Origin: Candidatus Peribacterales bacterium
GTDB taxonomy: Bacteria; Patescibacteriota; Gracilibacteria; Peribacterales; Peribacteraceae
Direction: 5' to 3'
DNA length: 64,000 nucleotides
Assembly: GCA_020058765.1 (NCBI GenBank)
Contig: JAGVDM010000003.1
Coordinates: 52,019 to 116,018 of the forward strand
Part shown: positions 1 through 8,827 of the stretch, piece after piece
Layout of the letters: the number at the start of each line of letters is the position of its first letter
Numbering within the stretch: the stretch's first letter is position 1
Translations under genes and position numbers: made by a program
The notes under the pieces: generated by a model
What the model was told of the DNA's origin: nothing
Database searches by the model: none
What the model saw: only the letters and a program-made list of their open reading frames with translations

Positions 1-862
1 CAGAAATACCGTCTGGAACCGTGCCGCAGGGTGCACCTGGATCAAGGCATGCAAGCGAGAGAAAGAGCTGCCCAATGCCGTGCACGGTTTGCACGAGCAT
101 GTGCCACGATTCCGACAGTGCGGTGAGGAACGCCGTGCCGAGAGGCTGAGCCGTGCCCTCGAGCACTAACGGAACCAGCGCCATCACAATCCCCGCTTCG
201 CTCTTCTCTGAGAGCGTCACGGTGAACTTCTGCTCTTCTGTGTACTCCGGCGCGAGCAAGACGGTGTAGATCACTTGCCGTTTGCCTTCCTGCATACCCG
301 CAACATCTTCGGGGCGCGTCACCTCTTGGTCACCCACGTATGTGAGGATGCTCATCTCTGGCACACCCACTGCCGCTGCACCACCACCACTCACTACATC
401 ATCAATGCGTACGCCGAGCGTGAGGTTGATGAGACCATCCTCTGCTGCAGCCTCCAAAGCAGGCAACGATGTGTACACGGCTATAGGGATCCACTTTCCA
501 AAGGAGAACCCGAACGTGAGGATGACGAGCGCGAGCAGGAAATTCATGAATACGCCCGCACAAAGAATGCTGATACGTGCGGGAATGGACGCAGCACCAA
601 AGCTGCCGGGGCGTGTGTGCTCACGAGCATCGATAGCATTCTCACCCTTCAGACGCACAAAACCACCGAACGGAATCCAGTTGATCGTGAATTTTGTCCC
701 GCCTTGTGTGAACAATGTCACAGCACGGGGCGGCAAACCGAATCCGAACTCCTCCACCACCACTCCAGCGCGTCTGGCAGCGAAAAAATGGCCCCACTCA
801 TGAATCATGATCAGGACGCTTAACAGAAGGAAAAATGCCAGCGCTGAGAGGAGAATTGTCAT
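1..862 (-). CDS. rseP: Site-2 (M50/RseP-type) intramembrane zinc metalloprotease; C-terminus lies beyond the window edge
   Basis: Hand translation of the minus strand from the ATG at 862 gives MTILLSALAFFLLLSVLIMIHEWGHFFAARRAGVVVEEFGFGLPP... The HExxH motif (HEWGH) lies in the first TM helix, followed by a PDZ-like middle region. The frame stays open to nt 1. It is absent from the ORF track because it has no stop inside the window. Confidence 0.8.
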   Translation of the reverse strand, partial: MTILLSALAFFLLLSVLIMIHEWGHFFAARRAGVVVEEFGFGLPPRAVTLFTQGGTKFTINWIPFGGFVRLKGENAIDAREHTRPGSFGAASIPARISILCAGVFMNFLLALVILTFGFSFGKWIPIAVYTSLPALEAAAEDGLINLTLGVRIDDVVSGGGAAAVGVPEMSILTYVGDQEVTRPEDVAGMQEGKRQVIYTVLLAPEYTEEQKFTVTLSEKSEAGIVMALVPLVLEGTAQPLGTAFLTALSESWHMLVQTVHGIGQLFLSLACLDPGAPCGTVPDGIS

Positions 863-989
863 AAAGCGCGAAAAAGAGACAGGAGGCGATACTAGAGATG
901 ATGTGGAAAACAGAAAAGTTTTCCACACCAACTTCCACTTGCCTCACTTGCGCCTTCCTTTCGAAATGAAGCAAGGTGAAAAAAACACG

Positions 990-1640
990 TCAAGCACGAG
1001 CCACAACCCATGCAGAAACAGACTGCGCACCCGCAGCACGAAGCGCTGCAGCACACGCCGAGAGTGTGGCGCCTGTGGTGACAACATCGTCAATGAGTAT
1101 GACTGTTTTGGGCACAGCAAAGCCTGTACGGGCAGCAAATGCATCCTGCATTGCGACCAGCCGATCCTTGCGACCGCGGCGAGCTTGCCTCCCTGTTGGA
1201 CGGCGACGTTTGAGTACGGAGCACACTGGCATATGGCGATAGTGCCCGAGTGCCTCTGCAAGCAGCTCCGCTTGGTTGAATCCGCGCCAGAAACGGCGAG
1301 TCCAGTGCAGCGGAACCGGGCAAAGTACCGTCGCATCGGTAGAAGCTACAGGCAGCGCATGATCCATAGCGAGTGCAAGTGCGTGGTATACGGCGGGAAT
1401 GCGCTTGTACTTGAGCGTGTGCACTGCCTTTCGAACAAGCGGCGCGTCATCGTACGATGCAGCAGCAATCACACATTCGAGCCCATCCACCTGTACGGGA
1501 AACCCGCCACTATGGCATTGCTGCTGTAGTTGGAGCACTTCCGCATCGGACACCAGTGCACCCTCTGCACCACCGAGCGACACGCGCGGAAAGACCATAT
1601 CGAGAAGTGATGGCACCATAGCAGTGGATTCTGGCTCCAT
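990..1640 (-). CDS. comF: ComF-family phosphoribosyltransferase-fold protein
   Basis: 216-aa ORF with the C-terminal PRTase motif VILIDDVVTTGATL and a ComFC-like N-terminal region. Confidence 0.8.
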   Translation of the reverse strand: MEPESTAMVPSLLDMVFPRVSLGGAEGALVSDAEVLQLQQQCHSGGFPVQVDGLECVIAAASYDDAPLVRKAVHTLKYKRIPAVYHALALAMDHALPVASTDATVLCPVPLHWTRRFWRGFNQAELLAEALGHYRHMPVCSVLKRRRPTGRQARRGRKDRLVAMQDAFAARTGFAVPKTVILIDDVVTTGATLSACAAALRAAGAQSVSAWVVARA

Positions 1641-1686
1641 TGCTTGTTGCTTGCGAGAGGAGTTGGTAGGCTTTGCGCGCTGAAAC

Positions 1687-1785
1687 GGGCAATTAGCTCA
1701 GCTGGGTCGAGGATCCGCCTGCGGATCCGAGCCACAGAAAAGACGCCACTGGCGCGGCCTCTGAGCAAGAATGCATTCACAGAAC
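1687..1785 (+). other. tRNA-Val 5'-half mimic / leader module (pseudo-tRNA-like element)
   Basis: GGGCAATTAGCTCAGCTGG is identical to nt 1-19 of the downstream tRNA-Val. It is followed by the hairpin GGATCCG-CCTG-CGGATCC (1711-1728), the A-rich tract CACAGAAAAGA, and the mini-hairpin CGCCA-C-TGGCG. There is no T-arm and no acceptor 3' strand. Confidence 0.6.
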
Positions 1786-1862
1786 GGGCAATTAGCTCAG
1801 CTGGTTAGAGCGCCACATTGACATTGTGGAGGTCACAAGTTCGAATCTTGTATTGCCCACCA
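1786..1862 (+). tRNA. tRNA-Val (anticodon GAC), CCA encoded
   Basis: Hand-folded cloverleaf: acceptor GGGCAAT/ATTGCCC, D arm GCTC..GAGC, anticodon arm CCACA-TTGACAT-TGTGG, T arm ACAAG-TTCGAAT-CTTGT, then ACCA. Confidence 0.95.
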
Positions 1863-2033
1863 CCCTTCTTGGCCCCACCCGCACACCAAGCGAAGCGGGT
1901 TTGCATAATCGGTTCCATGGAGACGAAGAACAAAGTATTGCAAGAAAACAAATATATATTTACGCAAGGTACGGGAGAGTGAAAAGAAACGAGAATTCCG
2001 CTACAATAAGAGGATTTCTTCATACAAAAACCC

Positions 2034-2519
2034 ATGCCACCACTCTCCACTCCTCCGGGTCAGCACCTGCTTGCATGGACGGCACCGTCCCACCCACACC
2101 ACACGCGAACGGTGCAGTGGTACCTCGGGTGTATAGCCATCATTGGTGGGTTGATCGGATACAGCATCTGGACAGAGGCGTGGACATTCACAGGGCTCAT
2201 TGTGCTCATCGTGGGTATCTACGTGTGGCAACACCGCAGGGATATGCCAAACCACAGCATTACCATTACAGATCGAGGATTCCAGTACGACGCAATATTC
2301 ACCCCATGGCAACAGTGCAAAGGGTTCTGGATGCTTCGCGGACCAGACTATATCGAGCTACACCTGGAACGAGAGCATGCACCCACCAAGGAGTGCCGTA
2401 TTCAATTGGGATCGCTCAACCCGGAAGACGTGCATGACGTATTGGCGCAGTACGTTTCAGAGCAAACACACCGCACGGAAGACACACTTGACATGATTAC
2501 AAGAATCCTTAAAATCTAA
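2034..2519 (+). CDS. Hypothetical membrane protein (two TM helices plus a small soluble domain)
   Basis: 161-aa ORF with the hydrophobic pair CIAIIGGLIGYSIW / FTGLIVLIVGIYVW. It abuts the next ORF with a 1-nt gap. Confidence 0.55.
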   Translation: MPPLSTPPGQHLLAWTAPSHPHHTRTVQWYLGCIAIIGGLIGYSIWTEAWTFTGLIVLIVGIYVWQHRRDMPNHSITITDRGFQYDAIFTPWQQCKGFWMLRGPDYIELHLEREHAPTKECRIQLGSLNPEDVHDVLAQYVSEQTHRTEDTLDMITRILKI

Positions 2520-2520
2520 C

Positions 2521-5500
2521 ATGCTGCACAAGCAGTACCACGAACACTTCGCCTTCACATTCTCGCCCTGCTCGCAGGAGAACCGCTTGGCATGCAAGCA
2601 GCAAGGCAAGAAGAACGACGATCGGGCTGCAACACCAGAGTCCGAGCGAAGCGCACTTGAACGTGGCCGCACTCCGCAAGAAAAGCAGGACCGCATGGAA
2701 AACGATGTGGCCGGCATGACCTCGGAACGACGCCAGCGCATTCTGCGCCATGTGCCCACCGCACTTCTTGATCAGTACACGATGGGTGCGGCATACCTCA
2801 CCGACACACTCATAAGCATCCTTGGTGAGGATCAGCTCAAGCGACTACTCAAACAGCACCCGGAGTTCCGTGCGCTCAAAATTGAGCAGACTGCGGATAT
2901 TGAAACTCTGCTATCGCAGGCGTTCGAAACGGAAGGCAAGCGTAGCTCCGCACTGCTCTCCACCATGGACACACGCATGGCCATGCTCCTCACGCAGATG
3001 CTGGAAAGCAAAATCCGGCAATTCGAAGAGCTCAAGGAAGTGGCACTTCGCCATATGCAGAACGATGAAGCGCTCACGCACGCCGTGGACGCACAGGAGC
3101 AGAAGCTGTCATTGCAGTCTCGTACAATGGACGATTGGCTGCGTACCGCGAGCACCAAGGAACTCTGTGCCACGCTTGGCGTCCCAGAGGTTGCCGATGC
3201 AGATCGTGCAATGCTCCTCGGCCGCATTCGCGGCTACATCCAAAACAAGCGCAAGCTCGATCAATGGAACCTGCCGGAAATCGCACGCAACGAACACCTG
3301 CGCACCATGCTGCAGCGTACGGGCGATCTCTCTGGCGTGCAGAAGCAGCTCTACGACCAACTGCGCAAATCGCTCCCTGTAGTAGCTGGGGTGCTAGATG
3401 CGCAACTGAACGAAGAAGCGGAGAAAACCAATGCATGGCTCACCGAAGAAAAACAGCGCTACGGATCGTTGCTGCAGGACATCACGCCAGAAAATCAGGA
3501 TGACCGCGAAGCGGCATTCCAGGCGCAGCATGGCGTGAGTGCCATCGCCGTTGCTCGCGAAATCGAGGAAACCGAATCCACGATCGCTTTCGCGAAGAGC
3601 GGCGACACAATCAATGCCAATGACCCCGGCACAATTATGAATGCCAGTGCTTTGGTGGAACGGCTGTCGCAGATGCGCAGCTACCCCGATGGCACACCCA
3701 AAACCGTGGTGGACACACTACGCCCAGAACAAGAAGCCGCAGAGCAATGGGCTGGTGCTATGCGCAGTGAACTCCACGAGCTGCTCCACAAGCAGTACGC
3801 CTCGCCAGATCAGCGCCAGCAATTGGCACAGTGCTTTGGAACACCGGATGTATTTGCAACACTCACCACGCTGGAGGCCGATCTACAGGTATCAGATCAT
3901 AACCCCCGCGGTGTGAATGCTGTGGAGTACACACAGAGCAGACGACGTGCGCTGGAGCACATGGTGCGCAGTCTGCGCAGCAACCGAATTGCACAAGCAA
4001 TGAACGCGCATGCGCTACACGAAGAAGATCGCGTGCAAGCATCACAACCAGACAAAACTGTGCTAGATGTGATCCAGGAAACACGTGCACGATTGCAGGC
4101 GGCAACACAGGAGATCGTTGCCATACCCGAAATTGGGAATGGTGTGTCCGGATTGCTCAACGTGCGTCAGCACGTTATGAACCGTGCAGAGACGCTGGAG
4201 CAGGAACTGCGCCAAGCGGAGCTGCAGCGACAGACAGTAACAGGGCTCGGCTACGTGCGAGCAGAAACACGCAAGTTGGAACGTGCAGCCTTGCTCCTCA
4301 CAGACATGCGCCGCATGAAGCACTTTGTGCTCTCAGAAGAGGATTTCGAGCGCCGCACGGGTACGCGGAACCTCGCAGCATATGACCTGGCCAGCGGCGA
4401 CATTCTGGTGAACCGTGACCGCTGCGCACGCGAGAAGGCATCCATCCCCGATCTAGTTCGTCACGAGCGTGAACACGCCGTGCAGGATATTCTCACGCGC
4501 CGAGCAGGAGTGTTCCCATTCCTGCATCGCGCAGCGTTCGAGGTACTCCGCGAGAGCAACCCCGCATTTGGCGATGTGCTCCGCCGCCATGCAGGTGAGT
4601 GGGGCATTGCGCATCAGCGCGAGAAGATTCGCGCGCAAGCTGCAGACCCCGCAGAAGCACAAGCACTGGAAGACGAGCTCCTCACAGAGGAGTTGCTCAA
4701 CCGCTACGTGGATTGGAAGCGCAAGCCGCAGAACGAACTCATCGCAGGAGAGCGCGAGCTCATGGCAATGGTAGAGAATGCCGGACTCGCAGAGAACCTT
4801 CGCGGCATCGCAGAACGTGACCCAACCGCAACGACCCGCGCTGATCTGCAGGATCTACAGATGTTCCAAACTGCAGCCGGGCAGCCCACGTTGCAGGATG
4901 CAACACAGGCGCTTGCAACTGGTACCAATGCAACGACCGTTCCTGCGCAAGGCGGTGAAGCGGCAGACGAAGGCGGTAGCATAGACATGAAGGGCAAGCT
5001 CCACAGCTGCCAGAAGATGATTGTAAAACTAGAGGAGTTCTGCACAGCACAGCCGTACTACAAAGGCGATCTGGACACGACCATCGGTGAATCAAAGCAG
5101 GTCTACAACTACCTTATAGATATTTTCCGCTCGCAAACGGTGAATGGTCAGCCATTCCCCAACCCAGAGCAGCAGCCAGTATTCATCGCGCAGGTGAGCA
5201 AGCTAAAAGACGGATTAAAAGATTTAGTAGATATGACTCAAAACGTTGACAACAAGCTCCACGACCTCACAGATGAAAAACCAGGGCACATTACGGGATG
5301 GAAAGCCTTCTGGGGTAACGTCGCCTTCATGAGCCCACTTGATGTGTACCTGCTGGTGCAGGACTCCATTGAAGACGTGAAGCGCATGTGGAACCGCCGC
5401 AGCAAACAGACGCGTAGCGGCGTGGCGCAGGGGCTCTTTGGCAATATTCCAGAAAACGACCTCCCGGGGCTCCGCTACTTAGGAAGGCTCGCGAAAGAAA

Positions 5501-7017
5501 ACGAAAAACGTGAGCAGCAGGCCGAAGATGAAGAAGTGGACGTGTGGAAGGAGGGTCTCAAAAACAAGGATGCCTACCAGCTCATGGATATCTTGAGCAA
5601 GATTCAGACGAACAAAGACCAGGCGAAGGCCATCTTCTTCCTGCTGGCAGACAAGGGCCGTATCGACTGGGGCGATGAGCGTATTTGGGATCTGCTCAAT
5701 GGTCTGTCGCAGTTCAAAATGCCAAAAGAGCAGTGTAAGCGTGACATTGTGCTGCGTAACAACTGGCTCAACAAATTAGTAAAGGATATTTGGGACGACA
5801 GCGACCAGTTCTTGGACTGGAAGACGAGTAACGACAGCAACTTCAACACCAACCGTGATAAGTTTAACGAGTACGTGGATACCCTCTCGCAGAATAGCGG
5901 CGCAATGCGCGCGGAATTAGAGCGTATCTTGGGAACGTATACGGCATGCAAAGGACGCAATGAAACACCTCCGCAGGACGTGAACCCGCACCTCTACGAG
6001 AAGCTGCTGGAATTCGCGATGGTGAAAGGAAAAATGACAATGGAAGACAAGTTCTACTACCTCATCCGCGGTATTGCAGAAGGCCTGCTGCCGCTCGAAC
6101 GCCTCAACGTGCTCAACAACCAAGTGCTCGGGAGCTTCCCGTTCATCGACTACTTCGCCGGCCAGAACAACACGCTTGCAGAAATCAAGATACTGTCTGA
6201 ACGCATTACTGAATCGGGTAATCGGTTTAAGCCGGGCATGAAGACTACGCTCTTCCTGGAAACAGAGCTCGCTCGCGACGAATCCACCCGCCAGCGCGTG
6301 ACAAAGGTGATCACACGCTCCGGCGAACAGATCGACCACGAAGACGCACCGATGCTGATGGCCTTCCTGGACTACGGAGGAATCGAAGAAATGCTGCAGG
6401 CTTTCTCCGGTCAGCGTCAGCGCATGACCAAAGAAGGACTGAAGAACTCGTACGTTGGTTTCAATACGCTGTTTAAGACGTACGCTCGCGTTGCAGAGCT
6501 CGACCAAGATGGAACAGCGCGCTTTACCTCCAAAGATGCCACGCAACTTGGCCGATCGCTCATGGCGTATATTCACTTCGATAACATTGCGATCCAAGCG
6601 GCTAACGACGGCAAAGGCCGCCAGTCGCTCACCTGGGAACAGGTGGAAAACGAAACAATGCCTTCGGGAGAGGGGCGAACATCTTCCATGTTCCGCGACC
6701 AAATGAACAAGCTTGCCGTGGATATCTTCCGGAACTACGGCATTACAAGCGTGGATGTTGGGGGCAAAGCCGGTGGAGCGAATACCGTCACGCTCGACCA
6801 GTACCTGGGGCAATTGCGCGGCAAACGCCCAACGGGCGACGAGGAGAAGAAGGCACTCTTCGCCGCTACACCAATCTTCGAACAACGGCTTCTGAAAGCC
6901 ATTAATGGAAACCCTTCTGTTTTCGCGCGCACACTGCAGTCTCATGGAAACAGCCTGCTGCAGGAGCGCAGCGAAGACATTAGCGTCGACGCTGTGCGCA
7001 CATCACTCAGGCAGTAG
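2521..7017 (+). CDS. Giant hypothetical protein (1498 aa): coiled-coil-rich N-terminal half, HExxH motif, globular C-terminal half
   Basis: Uninterrupted 4.5-kb ORF. The motif HEREH is at nt 4462-4476 (aa 648-652). I see no TM segment or signal peptide. I do not recognise the family. Confidence 0.75.
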   Translation: MLHKQYHEHFAFTFSPCSQENRLACKQQGKKNDDRAATPESERSALERGRTPQEKQDRMENDVAGMTSERRQRILRHVPTALLDQYTMGAAYLTDTLISILGEDQLKRLLKQHPEFRALKIEQTADIETLLSQAFETEGKRSSALLSTMDTRMAMLLTQMLESKIRQFEELKEVALRHMQNDEALTHAVDAQEQKLSLQSRTMDDWLRTASTKELCATLGVPEVADADRAMLLGRIRGYIQNKRKLDQWNLPEIARNEHLRTMLQRTGDLSGVQKQLYDQLRKSLPVVAGVLDAQLNEEAEKTNAWLTEEKQRYGSLLQDITPENQDDREAAFQAQHGVSAIAVAREIEETESTIAFAKSGDTINANDPGTIMNASALVERLSQMRSYPDGTPKTVVDTLRPEQEAAEQWAGAMRSELHELLHKQYASPDQRQQLAQCFGTPDVFATLTTLEADLQVSDHNPRGVNAVEYTQSRRRALEHMVRSLRSNRIAQAMNAHALHEEDRVQASQPDKTVLDVIQETRARLQAATQEIVAIPEIGNGVSGLLNVRQHVMNRAETLEQELRQAELQRQTVTGLGYVRAETRKLERAALLLTDMRRMKHFVLSEEDFERRTGTRNLAAYDLASGDILVNRDRCAREKASIPDLVRHEREHAVQDILTRRAGVFPFLHRAAFEVLRESNPAFGDVLRRHAGEWGIAHQREKIRAQAADPAEAQALEDELLTEELLNRYVDWKRKPQNELIAGERELMAMVENAGLAENLRGIAERDPTATTRADLQDLQMFQTAAGQPTLQDATQALATGTNATTVPAQGGEAADEGGSIDMKGKLHSCQKMIVKLEEFCTAQPYYKGDLDTTIGESKQVYNYLIDIFRSQTVNGQPFPNPEQQPVFIAQVSKLKDGLKDLVDMTQNVDNKLHDLTDEKPGHITGWKAFWGNVAFMSPLDVYLLVQDSIEDVKRMWNRRSKQTRSGVAQGLFGNIPENDLPGLRYLGRLAKENEKREQQAEDEEVDVWKEGLKNKDAYQLMDILSKIQTNKDQAKAIFFLLADKGRIDWGDERIWDLLNGLSQFKMPKEQCKRDIVLRNNWLNKLVKDIWDDSDQFLDWKTSNDSNFNTNRDKFNEYVDTLSQNSGAMRAELERILGTYTACKGRNETPPQDVNPHLYEKLLEFAMVKGKMTMEDKFYYLIRGIAEGLLPLERLNVLNNQVLGSFPFIDYFAGQNNTLAEIKILSERITESGNRFKPGMKTTLFLETELARDESTRQRVTKVITRSGEQIDHEDAPMLMAFLDYGGIEEMLQAFSGQRQRMTKEGLKNSYVGFNTLFKTYARVAELDQDGTARFTSKDATQLGRSLMAYIHFDNIAIQAANDGKGRQSLTWEQVENETMPSGEGRTSSMFRDQMNKLAVDIFRNYGITSVDVGGKAGGANTVTLDQYLGQLRGKRPTGDEEKKALFAATPIFEQRLLKAINGNPSVFARTLQSHGNSLLQERSEDISVDAVRTSLRQ

Positions 7018-7065
7018 CTTCCTCGCTATTGTAAACGAGGTGCAAGTCACGCATGATTCTTTGCG

Positions 7066-7515
7066 ATGCACATCGCCATTCAACGTATAGATCCATCGCT
7101 CCCACTCCCCCGCTACGAATCTACGGGCGCAGCAGGGTTTGATTTTATTACGCGAGAAGACACCGTCATCGCGCCCGGCGCGATTGGGCTCGTGCCAGGC
7201 AATGTGATTGTGCAGGTACCCAAAGGGTACGCGTTGCTCGTACTCCCACGTTCGTCGCTAGCGCGCAAGAAAGGCCTGGTGTGCCCGCACTCCATTGGCG
7301 TCATCGACCAGGACTACCATGGACCAAAAGACGAGATCTTCGTGCAGGTGCAGAACATCACCCAAGAACCCGTGACCATTGAACGCGGCGAGCGCATTGC
7401 CCAAGGGCTCTTTGTGCGAGTGGATCAGGCAGAGTGGCAAGAGGTAGATGGCCACGGCGCACAGACGCGTGGGGGGTTTGGATCCACGGGGAGTAATTCT
7501 ATCTTGAGAACTTAG
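7066..7515 (+). CDS. dut: dUTP diphosphatase (trimeric dUTPase); the last 8 codons are supplied by the inserted cassette
   Basis: Motifs AAGFDF, GVIDQDYHG and the C-terminal motif V RGGFGSTG are present. The tail SNSILRT follows the 55-bp repeat. Confidence 0.9.
   Translation: MHIAIQRIDPSLPLPRYESTGAAGFDFITREDTVIAPGAIGLVPGNVIVQVPKGYALLVLPRSSLARKKGLVCPHSIGVIDQDYHGPKDEIFVQVQNITQEPVTIERGERIAQGLFVRVDQAEWQEVDGHGAQTRGGFGSTGSNSILRT
7436..7490. repeat. 55-bp direct repeat, left copy (dut 3' coding end)
   Basis: ggcaagaggtagatgGccacggcgcacagacgcgtggggggtttggatccacggg matches 8828-8882 at 54 of 55 positions. Confidence 0.95.
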
Positions 7516-8500
7516 ACATCCTCTCAATGTAATTGACAACATCTGCATCGTGAAGATGGAAATCTTCCATCCATTCATCAGAATGGATCGTATCTAGGTA
7601 TCTCTCTCCCCCATCACATAACAGTGCAACAATTCTTTGTTGTGCATCGATTTCGATACGACGCAGGGCTGCCAAGATTACAGCCCCAGAAGAAGGCCCC
7701 AAAAGAATGCCCATGCGGCGCGCAATAGTCCTTACTGTATTATACGAATCGGGCAAGGTTACAGAATCAATACAATCAACACCCTGAAATTCTGATACAT
7801 CTTCATTTGCGTCATTTGTATCAGCATTACCATACTGAACACCAATAGCCTGCAAATGCTTTATCTCTTTTTTTAGAAAAGTGGCGGTGCCACCTACAGA
7901 TCCACCCGTGCCTAAATAGCCTATGATGCCATCGATTTGATCTCCTATATCTCTTTTTATCTCTTGGACAAGAGGTAAATAGCTTTCTGCGTTTTTTTGA
8001 GAATGAAATTGATCCAAATAGTAAATATTCGATTCAATCCTCGTGATCTCAGTTGCCTTCGCATGTAGCACTTCATGACTATCCTGATTCGCAGGAACTG
8101 GACATTCGATTAGTGATGCACCATATGCTCTAATTTCACTAATAATTTGAGGAGGCGTATCGTCAGCAACCACACAAATACATTTATAACCCTTAGCAGC
8201 AGCTAGCATCGCTAATCCAATACCATAGCTGCCGCTTGAGCAATCAATTACTGTGCCGCCAGAATGGATACGACCTTCTTTTTCTGCGACAGAAAGTAAA
8301 TGTTTTGCGGTTCTACTTTTCATGCTGCCACCAGCATTTTCTTTTTCAAGTTTTAAGAAAAGCGAAGCACCATTACTGACTGGATACACAAACGTACTTG
8401 TTCTGCCGATCAATTCTTCAACATCACGATGCATAAATCTAGCCAGAAACCTCCTCCTGGCTGCACGAATGCAGCCAGGAGTTTTAGAACTTTCCTGCAA
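7499..8500 (-). CDS. PLP-dependent cysteine synthase / CBS-family (CysK-like) enzyme
   Basis: Contains the PLP-lysine region ENAGGSMKSRTA, the glycine loop GTGGSVGG, and SSG near the C-terminus. The ORF-track start at 8500 is TTG. The first ATG is at 8434 (MHRDVEELIGRT). Confidence 0.8.
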   Translation of the reverse strand: MQESSKTPGCIRAARRRFLARFMHRDVEELIGRTSTFVYPVSNGASLFLKLEKENAGGSMKSRTAKHLLSVAEKEGRIHSGGTVIDCSSGSYGIGLAMLAAAKGYKCICVVADDTPPQIISEIRAYGASLIECPVPANQDSHEVLHAKATEITRIESNIYYLDQFHSQKNAESYLPLVQEIKRDIGDQIDGIIGYLGTGGSVGGTATFLKKEIKHLQAIGVQYGNADTNDANEDVSEFQGVDCIDSVTLPDSYNTVRTIARRMGILLGPSSGAVILAALRRIEIDAQQRIVALLCDGGERYLDTIHSDEWMEDFHLHDADVVNYIERMSKFSR

Positions 8501-8526
8501 TCAGCAGTCAATATGATTCGGGGGAA

Positions 8527-8727
8527 TCAGCTGAAAATGATTGCGTAGGCAACAGGCAAAGCAATTGCCAAGAGAATGACGGGCAAGCAGCCCAATCGAG
8601 CGGGCGGAACTGCCCCTGAGGCATTACACTGGGGGCAGGGAATCTCTTCGGAGAAACTGCGACCACAGTGATTTGTTCCACCACCACTCAGTACCGTCTT
8701 TTTGCCCTTACACCTTGGACACTTCAT
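8527..8727 (-). CDS. Small zinc-ribbon protein with a C-terminal TM anchor
   Basis: MKCPRCKGKK...CPQCNASG has two CxxC pairs, followed by the hydrophobic stretch LGCLPVILLAIALPVAYAIIF. The ATG at 8727 is preceded by GGAGGTG. The ORF-track start at 8745 is TTG. Confidence 0.55.
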   Translation of the reverse strand: MKCPRCKGKKTVLSGGGTNHCGRSFSEEIPCPQCNASGAVPPARLGCLPVILLAIALPVAYAIIFS

Positions 8728-8777
8728 CAAACACCTCCGTTTCAAATAGAACTGCCGGACTGGAAAGAACTCACCTC

Positions 8778-8805
8778 AAGATATCATGTATACTTTATTT
8801 GTCAA
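8778..8805 (-). promoter_or_regulatory. Sigma70-like promoter of the cassette operon (TTGACA-16 nt-TATCTT)
   Basis: The minus strand reads TTGACAAATAAAGTATACATGATATCTT, about 50 nt upstream of the Zn-ribbon gene start. Confidence 0.4.
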
Positions 8806-8827
8806 TAAAGTGACACGAACAGTACAG

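Larger units (their letters stand above)
7491..8827. mobile_element. 1.34-kb AT-rich inserted two-gene cassette between the 55-bp direct repeats (no recombinase present)
   Basis: The segment is flanked by the 55-bp direct repeats. Two 60-nt lines counted by hand inside it (7921-, 7981-) give about 30-35 % G+C, against about 65 % for a line in ftsZ (9061-). It carries its own promoter-like element. Confidence 0.6.

Noticed and set aside
275-823. Two plus-strand ORFs of 173-182 aa (275-823 and 282-803).
   Set aside because: They lie antisense to, or in shadow frames of, the clearly recognisable minus-strand rseP gene (HEWGH motif). Their composition is Arg/Ala/Pro/Ser/Thr-rich, as is typical of GC-rich shadow ORFs.
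807-1529. 240-aa plus-strand ORF.
   Set aside because: It overlaps the comF gene on the opposite strand almost entirely and has no motif. It is a shadow ORF.
4462-4476. Calling the giant protein a zinc metalloprotease on the basis of HEREH.
   Set aside because: A lone HExxH pentapeptide occurs by chance at an appreciable rate in a 1498-aa Glu/His-containing protein, and no third ligand or Met-turn could be identified by eye. It is kept only as a hypothesis inside the corresponding finding.
5917-6945. 342-aa minus-strand ORF inside the giant gene.
   Set aside because: It is antisense to the uninterrupted 4.5-kb plus-strand ORF, has a low-complexity composition, and has no start context.
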